Shown piece by piece: positions 57,345 to 64,000 of a DNA stretch of 64,000 nt. A program made the translations under genes and the position numbers. Within the stretch, counting starts at the first letter, position 1; each line of letters starts with the position of its first letter. The notes under the pieces were generated by a model that was not told the DNA's origin, did no database searches, and worked only from the letters and a program-made list of their open reading frames with translations. The stretch is from a virus, in IMG/VR virus record IMGVR_UViG_3300042445_001604, positions 1-64,000 of that record. One strand, written 5' to 3'.

Positions 57345-57455
57345 TTTGTGTCCTTTGTTTGTGGTGACTTGATACTCTCATCTTACCGGGCACCTACGAC
57401 ATTGTCAAGTCCATAGCCAAAAGAAAAAGCGGGGACATTTCTGCCCCCGCTAGTC

Positions 57456-57782
57456 CTAGCCCGCGTAGTTCACGCCGTAGTGCGCGTGGACGGCGTCGGG
57501 GAAACGGTTGTCCCGTAGGTACTGCTGACCGTCCGTCGTGAGCGTCACGTCAAGATACTGACCGCAATCGCACGCCGTCGGGGAGTCGGACTCGATTTCT
57601 CCGAAGTGGTCGGAGTGAGCGTAAGCACCGCTCTCGTGTTCCGCCGTGAACGACGGGTACTCGAAGTGGAGTCCGTTTTCGGTGGCGTACTCGCGAGCGC
57701 ATTTCTCGCACGCGATGGCGATGAAGTCGCCCGCCCCGTCACCGATTACCCACGGTTCCGTGATGAAAAGAATGTTGTCCAT
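57456..57782 (-). CDS. small zinc-binding protein
   Basis: Start MDNIL after AAAGGGG; CEKC...CDCG. Confidence 0.75.
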   Translation of the reverse strand: MDNILFITEPWVIGDGAGDFIAIACEKCAREYATENGLHFEYPSFTAEHESGAYAHSDHFGEIESDSPTACDCGQYLDVTLTTDGQQYLRDNRFPDAVHAHYGVNYAG

Positions 57783-57981
57783 TCTGTTCCCCTTTTCTTT
57801 GTAGTTATCAAGTCCAGCAATTGCTGGTAGTAACCACTTTACACTAGTTCGACCAAAAGCGCAATACCAAAAATTCTCGGGCGTGTCACCCGCGCACCTA
57901 CCGCGCACAAAAGTACACCTTTTTTGAGCGCACCGCGATAGGCGGGCGGGGCTTGCGCCCGCACCCGCCCGACCGCCCGCG

Positions 57982-58158
57982 TTAGCGGGTGACGGTCGCG
58001 CTGTCCAGCAATCGGCGAACAATCGCTTCAGCGGTGTCGCCGTCCGTTGCCCAGACGTCAACCCAGCCGAAACGGAAAAAGCGCAATGACGACATAGCGT
58101 CAATCTGCGCGATAGTGTTGTTCGACCAGATGACATATTCGGGAATGGTGTTGTCCAT
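57982..58158 (-). CDS. small protein (58 aa), paralog family B (copy 2)
   Basis: Hand translation MDNTIPEYVIWSNNTIAQIDAMSSLRFFRFGWVDVWATDGDTAEAIVRRLLDSATVTR. Confidence 0.8.
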   Translation of the reverse strand: MDNTIPEYVIWSNNTIAQIDAMSSLRFFRFGWVDVWATDGDTAEAIVRRLLDSATVTR

Positions 58159-58284
58159 TTTGTGTCCTTTGTTTGTGGTGACTTGCTTACAGTATGAGTA
58201 TACCGCGTGTGTTTGTGTTTGTCAAGTTGTGGGGAGAGAGTGCGGGCGGGGAGATTATTCTCACCCGCCCGCGTAGCCACCACG

Positions 58285-58500
58285 CTACATCTTGATTGCG
58301 TAGACCTTCGTCTGACGCGCGTACCGAATAAGCGCAACCTTTACGCCTAGTTCGATTGAGTCCGACTTGTTCGTCGCTTGTCCGTGTCCTGCCAGACCTT
58401 GTACGATAAAGTCCTTGTCCTCGTCCCAAGCCTTCTGAACTTCTGCTTGTGACTTGTAGTCGCGCCCGTAGGCGGGGACTAGATTTATTGTCGTGAACAT
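58285..58500 (-). CDS. small phage protein (71 aa)
   Basis: L.PAYGRDYKS..EV..AW...KDF; promoter and RBS. Confidence 0.8.
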   Translation of the reverse strand: MFTTINLVPAYGRDYKSQAEVQKAWDEDKDFIVQGLAGHGQATNKSDSIELGVKVALIRYARQTKVYAIKM

Positions 58501-58575
58501 TATGTTCCCTTCGTCGTGTGGTGTTTGGTATTTAGTTGTAGGTACAGTCTAGCGCATACTGCTCGACTTGTCAAG

Positions 58576-58722
58576 TCAAGCGGGGAGTAAGTCCTCGAAC
58601 GGGACGACCGCAAAATACGACTTGTCCCAATAGACCAGAGCCGTACCTGCGCTCGCGTCCTCAACTACTTCTCCTACTGCCGTGAACGGGACGAGTCCCG
58701 TGTCGCCTATGTAGATGACCAT
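58576..58722 (-). CDS. small beta-rich protein (48 aa)
   Basis: Hand translation MVIYIGDTGLVPFTAVGEVVEDASAGTALVYWDKSYFAVVPFEDLLPA; promoter and RBS. Confidence 0.7.
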   Translation of the reverse strand: MVIYIGDTGLVPFTAVGEVVEDASAGTALVYWDKSYFAVVPFEDLLPA

Positions 58723-58948
58723 TGTGTTTCCCTTCGTCGTGTGGTGTGACTTGCTACTGCCACTCTACTCTGACCGCAATCAAAAGTCAAGCGTCGCTGA
58801 CGCGGGCGTGTCGTCACCGCGCACCGCGCTCGCTCAAAAAACCTATACTTTTGGACGGCGCAAGAGAATCCCCCGCGCGGACAAAGGGGAAACAAAACCG
58901 CGCGGGGGAAGTTTGGGGAGAGGGGACTTTCGTCCCCCCTCGGACGGC

Positions 58949-59236
58949 TTACGCCGTGACGAGAACCGTGAAGTTCGTCGTCTTGGCGAGCGCGTTGTAA
59001 AGGTCGGCGTCGGCGTCCTTGAGGTCGCTTGCGCTGACGGTGACGCGCGTGCGCTCGCTCACCTTGAGGACGGTGACGCCCGCGAGGGTCGCAACCGTGG
59101 CGTCGCCGAGAATCTGGCGGATACGCGCCTCGGCGTCCTTCTTGGCGTTCTCCGCGTCGCGGATAACCGCCTTGGCGTCCTCGAAGTCCTTGAGGGCTTT
59201 TGCGCCCTCGAGGTCGAGGGAGATGGTGTTCGTCAT
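58949..59236 (-). CDS. small early protein, paralog family A (copy 2)
   Basis: Start MTNTIS after GAAAGG; clearly similar to 61467. Confidence 0.82.
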   Translation of the reverse strand: MTNTISLDLEGAKALKDFEDAKAVIRDAENAKKDAEARIRQILGDATVATLAGVTVLKVSERTRVTVSASDLKDADADLYNALAKTTNFTVLVTA

Positions 59237-59403
59237 TGTGGTAGTGCCTTTCGTTTGAGGGAGAGCCAATCTCGCCCTGTGATATCAGTATACATACGAC
59301 CACGGACATTGTCAAGTCGAAACGCAAAAAACTTTTTTTATTTTTGACTTGACTTTGTCCGAGGACTATGATACACTTATGGAACAACGACGAAAGGGAA
59401 AAA

Positions 59404-59511
59404 ATGAATTGCTCAACCTGCGAGAAGTCGCTCGAAACCGAAAACCACGAGCCTTGCGCTAATCTCCGATTTGCGCTCGCCATTCTCCAAGTTCCACTCC
59501 CCCGACGATAA
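59404..59511 (+). CDS. 35 aa Cys/His peptide
   Basis: MNCSTCEKSLETENHEPCANLRFALAILQVPLPRR; TTGACT-17-TACACT promoter and GAAAGGG RBS. Confidence 0.65.
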   Translation: MNCSTCEKSLETENHEPCANLRFALAILQVPLPRR

Positions 59512-59661
59512 GGACGGCGCGAGCGGGCGGGCTTCGGCTCGCTCGCTTTCCCGCGCCCGCGCTCGGCGCGACAAAAGTACACCTTTTTTGAGCGAGTGCC
59601 CGCGCCCGCGAGCGGAAACGCGAAACGCCCGCACCTTTCGGCACGGGCGTCGCGTCGTCGG

Positions 59662-59847
59662 CTACTGAACGAACCAAGTCCCGACTTTGTTGCCATTCTC
59701 GTCCCGCGTCGTCCCGCCGATAATCGTCGAGCCGGGCGTGATGGAGAAATTGGCGACGGACTCCGCGACGCGCCGAATGGCGTCCGCGAGGTCGTGCTCG
59801 TCTTTCATTGCGTCATTCCCGAGGGAGATGGTGAGTTCGAACTTCAT
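59662..59847 (-). CDS. small phage protein (61 aa)
   Basis: MKFELTI..GNDA...RDENGNKVG.W; RBS present. Confidence 0.78.
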   Translation of the reverse strand: MKFELTISLGNDAMKDEHDLADAIRRVAESVANFSITPGSTIIGGTTRDENGNKVGTWFVQ

Positions 59848-59936
59848 TGTCTTACCTTTCGTCGTTGTGGTGTGTTGCTGTCTAACCATTGTAACACAGA
59901 GCGCGGACAAACACAAGTCTGCCCGCGCTCGGTGTG

Positions 59937-60134
59937 TCAAACGTCAGTCGAGTAGTCGAAAGACTGTTCGTGCGCTACGCCACAGTAGATACATTCCTCA
60001 ACCGACGCGAGAGCGAATCCGCGCGGAAAGTATGTGTGAAGTGCGACCTGCGGGAAATAGTCATTCTCGTCCTCGGCGCACGCGCTAAAGATGAATTCCA
60101 TTTCGTCTTGGTGAAGTGGCTCGTTGTTGTCCAT
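59937..60134 (-). CDS. small acidic Cys-containing protein
   Basis: Promoter and GAAAGG RBS; CIYCG. Confidence 0.7.
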   Translation of the reverse strand: MDNNEPLHQDEMEFIFSACAEDENDYFPQVALHTYFPRGFALASVEECIYCGVAHEQSFDYSTDV

Positions 60135-60328
60135 TGTGTTGCCTTTCGTCGTTGTGGTGTAGTACCACTCTACCAGGGACTACCGACATTCGCAAGTCTG
60201 CCGAGCGTCGGCGCGTCGCCCCGCGCCCGCCAGCGGGCGAAAGTATACCTTTTTTGAGCGGGTGTCGGCGCGTGGCGGGCGACGGCGCGAGAAACGCGAG
60301 CGCGAGTTTCCCCGCGCCCGCGCGTCCC

Positions 60329-60745
60329 CTATTCCGCGTCCTCGTTGTTCGCGTCGAGCGTGAAAGTGAATACTCCCGTGCCCGTCGGCTCGTCGTGCGA
60401 CCACCGCACGGCAGTCAGCGCAGTCCCGTCGAAACGGTATTCGATACGGTATTCCCCGTTGATAGTCATAGCCGAGTGAATATCCCGCGCCGATACCGAC
60501 GCCCAGCCCGCGCGTCGTTGCCAGCCCATTCCCGTACCGTCAATACGGATAGTCGTCGCGTCGTCCGCGCCGATTACCGCGAGCCACGGCTTGTAGGCGT
60601 TCTCGATGAAGTCGTCCCACGCCGTGTCGTAGCACCCGAAACACTCCGTGCCGTCTGACGGGCGAAACTCGCCAGTTTCCTCGTCGTAAATTTCACACTC
60701 GCACTCTGTGGTGAGTGTGACTGTGGTGAGCGTTGTTTCAGTCAT
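60329..60745 (-). CDS. small phage protein (138 aa)
   Basis: Start MTETT after GAAAGGA; CEC...CFGC, MGW..R.G, SHDEPTG. Confidence 0.78.
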   Translation of the reverse strand: MTETTLTTVTLTTECECEIYDEETGEFRPSDGTECFGCYDTAWDDFIENAYKPWLAVIGADDATTIRIDGTGMGWQRRAGWASVSARDIHSAMTINGEYRIEYRFDGTALTAVRWSHDEPTGTGVFTFTLDANNEDAE

Positions 60746-60798
60746 TCTGTCTTTCCTTTCGTCGTGTGGTGGTGCGTTGTCTTGCCAGTATAGCACAA

Positions 60799-61008
60799 TT
60801 ACTTTCCGAGCGCAAGTCGCGCGTCCAATTTTGTTTCGATTAGTTTCAGCGTGAGAGCGTCCGCGCGTCCAGCGTCCGCGTAGGCGTATCCGCGTGAAGT
60901 GTCGTGCGCTTGGTGGATTACCGCACGATAAGTCCCGCCGACCTTGCCGAGATAGCGAACAACATAGTCCGCGCCCCTGTATGAGATAGTGACTTTGTGG
61001 TGTTTCAT
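60799..61008 (-). CDS. small protein (69 aa)
   Basis: Start MKHHK after GAAAGGA. Confidence 0.7.
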   Translation of the reverse strand: MKHHKVTISYRGADYVVRYLGKVGGTYRAVIHQAHDTSRGYAYADAGRADALTLKLIETKLDARLALGK

Positions 61009-61180
61009 TGTCTTTCCTTTCGTTGTGTCTTGCGTGTATCTCCATTGTAGCGACGACCACGGACACGAAACTAAATTGCCCGCGCGTCGTCCCGCGCGTC
61101 CCGCGCCACTCAAAAAACCTATACTTTCACCGCGCACGGCAGAAGCCCCACCCTTTCGGGTGAGGCGACCGCGCGAGGCG

Positions 61181-61360
61181 TTAGACCAGCGTCTGTGGCG
61201 CGACCGAGAAGTTCTCGATAAGGAATTCGTAGGCGCGAGCGCGACCCTCTGACCACTCTGCCATTACGACCATACCGAGTTCCGCGTACCGCGCGGATTT
61301 GGTGCGGTTATCCTCTGCCATTTCTTTCAGAAGTGATAGGGGTACGGAGACCATTTCCAT
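61181..61360 (-). CDS. small protein (59 aa)
   Basis: Start MEMVS after GAAAGGA; promoter. Confidence 0.7.
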   Translation of the reverse strand: MEMVSVPLSLLKEMAEDNRTKSARYAELGMVVMAEWSEGRARAYEFLIENFSVAPQTLV

Positions 61361-61466
61361 TGTGTATCCTTTCGTCGTGGTGTCGTTCATAAGTTCAGTC
61401 TAGCGCATTGTCCGCGCGTTGTCAAGTTGGGGAGAGAGGGCGCGTTTCCGCGCCCCCTCTGACCGC

Positions 61467-61760
61467 TTACGCGGTGACGAGGACGGTGAAGTCCGTGACC
61501 TTTGCGAGGCGGTTGTAGAGTGCTTCGTCCGCTTCTTTGACCGCGCTGGCGGTAATCGAAACGCGTGTCCGTGCGCTTACGCGAACGGCGGTGATGCCCG
61601 CAATCGTGCCAGCGGTAGCCGTGCCGAGAGCCTCGCGGATAACTGCTTCCGCTTCGGTCTTGACTGCTTCCGCTTCGCGGATAACGCGCTTCGCTTCCTC
61701 GAAGCGGTGGAGTGCGCTGACCGCTTCTAGGTCGAACGCGACGGTGGTCGTGGTGTCCAT
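61467..61760 (-). CDS. small early protein, paralog family A (copy 3)
   Basis: Start MDTTT after GAAAGGA; ends LYNRLAKVTDFTVLVTA. Confidence 0.82.
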   Translation of the reverse strand: MDTTTTVAFDLEAVSALHRFEEAKRVIREAEAVKTEAEAVIREALGTATAGTIAGITAVRVSARTRVSITASAVKEADEALYNRLAKVTDFTVLVTA

Positions 61761-62008
61761 TCTGTATTTCCTTTCGTTGAGGGAGAGCCAATCTCGCCCT
61801 ATGTCATTGAGTTTAGCGTATGTCGTTTTGTTTGTCAAGTCCATTCGCAAACTTTCTTTATTGAGTTATGTCGAAAGTCTATCCGCGACCACGGACACGA
61901 AACTCGACCGCGCACGGCGACGGCGAAAAGTATACCTTTTTTGAGCGACCGCACGGCGCGGAAAACGACGAACGCCCTGCCCTTTCGAGCAGAGCGTCCG
62001 CGCGTTGG

Positions 62009-62359
62009 TTAGGAGAGCGGTGCGCCAGCGTAGAGCAAGTCCGCGACCAATTCCGCGACCTGCTCGTCAGTCAGACCGAGAGTTTCGCCGTCGTCGTCCG
62101 CGCCACCCGTGATGATAGCGTTTCCGACGATTACATCTACCGCGCCGAACGCCGATACGAATAACCGAGTTGCGAGAACATTCGGCGCAAGTCCGTCGAG
62201 TTTCCCTTCCTCGTTTACCCAGAGCGTCAGACCGCTCGGAAGCGATACCGCTTCAATCATTCCGCCGACCGCACGAGAGAGCGTCGCGTATGACACAAAC
62301 TCGTCCGTGTCCTGCTCGACCTCGACAGTGCTGTCGGTGGTCAGTACTACTGCTTTCAC
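62009..62359 (-). CDS. DUF3846-like protein
   Basis: VGGMIEAV, LWVNEEGKL.GL.PN..AT, IVGNAIITG; GTG start after GAAAGGA. Confidence 0.82.
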   Translation of the reverse strand: MKAVVLTTDSTVEVEQDTDEFVSYATLSRAVGGMIEAVSLPSGLTLWVNEEGKLDGLAPNVLATRLFVSAFGAVDVIVGNAIITGGADDDGETLGLTDEQVAELVADLLYAGAPLS

Positions 62360-62529
62360 TTTGTTTCCTTTCGTCGTGTGTTTGTCCTGCCCTATCAGTA
62401 TAGCGACTATCTCGCCACTTGTCAAGTCTGACCGCACGATAGTTTTGCGGGCGCGTCGCCACTCAAAAAACCTATACTTTCGAGCGACGAAAAAAGGACG
62501 GGCGCTTTCGCGCCCGCCCCCGTCACCCG

Positions 62530-62667
62530 TTAGAGAAACTCAATCGGGTCGCGGTCCTCGAAAATATCTTCGAGTTCCGAGAGCGAAAACCCGTCAGAGT
62601 TTTCCCAGAAGTCCGAGAGTGCTTCGCGGATACGGTCGCCCTGCTCGTCGGTCGTGTGCTTGTCCAT
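62530..62667 (-). CDS. acidic 45 aa peptide
   Basis: Hand translation MDKHTTDEQGDRIREALSDFWENSDGFSLSELEDIFEDRDPIEFL; promoter, RBS and terminator. Confidence 0.7.
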   Translation of the reverse strand: MDKHTTDEQGDRIREALSDFWENSDGFSLSELEDIFEDRDPIEFL

Positions 62668-62709
62668 TGTGTCACCGTCCTTTCGTCGTGTCGTGGTGTA
62701 CTACCCACC

Positions 62710-62982
62710 TTACACTATGACGGTCGGTCTGTCAAGTTCACCCGTCAAGTGGTCGAGTTCGGTCATCACCACGCCAGCACGGGCGAGTATCTGCCCGACG
62801 GTCACACCTAACGCGCTCGCCACCCGTTCGAGTAGTTCGCTGGACATTTCCTTTTTTCCGTGCTCGACGTTGTTCAGGTGTCCGACGGCAACGTGAGCGA
62901 GCGACGCCACCGTTACTCCGTAGAGTTGTTGCTCGGTTCGCATTTCGCGTATCGTGTACCCGACGGCTTCTCTCATCAGCAT
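62710..62982 (-). CDS. XRE-family HTH protein resembling actinobacterial ClgR
   Basis: LMREAVG.TIRE.R...VA..AHVAVGHL..VEHGKKE.SSELL..VASALGV; leaderless start. Confidence 0.8.
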   Translation of the reverse strand: MLMREAVGYTIREMRTEQQLYGVTVASLAHVAVGHLNNVEHGKKEMSSELLERVASALGVTVGQILARAGVVMTELDHLTGELDRPTVIV

Positions 62983-62986
62983 ACGG

Positions 62987-63283
62987 TTACAATACCACGC
63001 GGTCGAGTGCGTCGTCGAAGAAGTCCTCGGCGAGTCCTGAGAAGGCGCTCGCCGTTGTGCTGAAAGAGTAGACGGCTCGGTCGGTCGAGTCGAGTACGCA
63101 CTTGGCGAGTACCGCGCTTCGCGCAATCGCGTCGGGCAGACTGGCGTACCATTCGTCCCACGCGTTCACCACGCCGTCGTCCCACGCCAAACGGTAGCCG
63201 TTCTCACCGTCGTCGAGTTCGGTAATCGTCACCCGCGCGTCGTCCACGGGGAAGTCAATCAGAAGTTGCTCGTCGTATCCCAT
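62987..63283 (-). CDS. acidic hypothetical protein
   Basis: Start MGYDE overlapping the upstream stop. Confidence 0.7.
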   Translation of the reverse strand: MGYDEQLLIDFPVDDARVTITELDDGENGYRLAWDDGVVNAWDEWYASLPDAIARSAVLAKCVLDSTDRAVYSFSTTASAFSGLAEDFFDDALDRVVL

Positions 63284-63696
63284 TACTCGCCGTCCTTCCA
63301 AAGGTCGCCGTCCGCGCCGTAATGTTTCCAAAGCACCTCGGCTTGGGCAATCGCTTCGTCGAGTTCGTGAAAGACTTCGTTCAGGTCTTGGTCGCCGTCC
63401 TTGCGAGAGCAAACCTCAAACCACGGGTTGTTGTCCCAAATGAAGTAGTCCTCGCCCTTGTCCGCGAACGCTTGGAGTTCCGCGTCCGTGTTGATACCGA
63501 AGTCCCGCAGGTCGTCGGTGTACCGCACGACCGAGTATTCGTCGTCAGTTGATTTGCGAATGTTGATTCGCATTTCACCATTCCGCGCGACATAGAAGCG
63601 CGGGTCGGGGAGAGTGCTGTCTTGCCAAACGATTTCGTAGTCGCTCGACCAAGTGTAGAAGCAAGCGTCTTGCTCGTACTGCTTGACTTCACTCAT
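63283..63696 (-). CDS. acidic hypothetical protein
   Basis: Start MSEVK after GAGGTGG; WDNNPWFEV motif. Confidence 0.75.
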   Translation of the reverse strand: MSEVKQYEQDACFYTWSSDYEIVWQDSTLPDPRFYVARNGEMRINIRKSTDDEYSVVRYTDDLRDFGINTDAELQAFADKGEDYFIWDNNPWFEVCSRKDGDQDLNEVFHELDEAIAQAEVLWKHYGADGDLWKDGE

Positions 63697-63833
63697 TAGT
63701 CCACCTCGCAGAAGTGGTTTGCCATTGAGATTTCGAGTTCCTCGGAAGTCGCGCCCTTGTCGTCCTTGCCACAGTTGTCGCAAGTCACCGCGTAGGTCAC
63801 GCCCTCTGTCGGAGTGTGTGGGTTTAGTTCCAT
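63696..63833 (-). CDS. small zinc-binding peptide
   Basis: Start MELNP after GAAAGGA; CDNC...H.C. Confidence 0.65.
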   Translation of the reverse strand: MELNPHTPTEGVTYAVTCDNCGKDDKGATSEELEISMANHFCEVD

Positions 63834-64000
63834 TGTGTTTCCTTTCGTCGTTTGTTTTTCCATTGTAGCAGGAAAGGGGACGGGACGCAAATCGCGCCCC
63901 GCCCCGCGTGTCTTACACGAACATCATTGAGGTTACGAGCGTGTCCTCTTTGTGGTCGTTGTGGTACGAGGTCGTGGACTTCGAGAAGTCAACCTCGATA

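Larger units (their letters stand above)
48302..62480. repeat. 21 dispersed copies of 19-bp site CTCAAAAAA-NN-TRTACTTT
   Basis: Forward at 48957, 49638, 50119, 52052, 52996, 56630, 58833, 61109, 62462; reverse at 48302, 50605, 52391, 53280, 53940, 55319, 56066, 57030, 57910, 59574, 60240, 61927. Confidence 0.93.

Noticed and set aside
53072-59696. Long ORFs 53072-54160 (+), 58707-59696 (-) and the N-terminal extension of 57456-58337
   Set aside because: They run through promoters, terminators and repeats of well-supported small genes; likely artefacts of GC-rich, stop-poor DNA.
48302-62480. 19-bp repeats as a CRISPR array
   Set aside because: Intervals are hundreds of bp, contain whole genes and vary widely, and orientation is mixed.
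48302-62480. 19-bp repeats as integron attC or shufflon sites
   Set aside because: No recombinase in the window, the arms are not inverted repeats, there is no attC-like hairpin, and one copy is inside a CDS. Not fully excluded without the rest of the genome.
1-64000. tRNA, rRNA, integrase, transposase, introns or inteins
   Set aside because: No cloverleaf or T-loop signatures or catalytic motifs noticed; polymerase, helicase and terminase have ordinary lengths. A tRNAscan run would be needed to be certain.

Overview
This window is part of a large lytic siphovirus genome, very likely infecting an actinobacterium (SigA-type and leaderless promoters, a ClgR-like gene, and a head module resembling mycobacteriophage cluster B). 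1-5.7 kb (minus strand): replication/recombination genes (PD-(D/E)XK exonuclease, SNF2 helicase, RuvC-like resolvase, family A DNA polymerase). 5.7-46.9 kb (minus strand): virion operon with portal, two giant head-region proteins (2249 and 2216 aa; the latter combines the maturation protease with Dps-, ParB- and HiPIP-like modules), two capsid proteins, adaptor, major tail protein, chaperones, tape measure, Dit, minor tail proteins and fibre. 46.9-47.7 kb: non-coding, T-poor ACAGCC-repeat tract. 47.7-64 kb: a GC-richer array of more than 30 tiny genes, most with their own promoter, leader and terminator. This array is punctuated by 21 copies of a 19-bp site (CTCAAAAAA-NN-TRTACTTT) and also holds the displaced large terminase and a candidate pseudoknotted non-coding RNA. 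All family assignments come from motifs recognised by eye; no searches were run.
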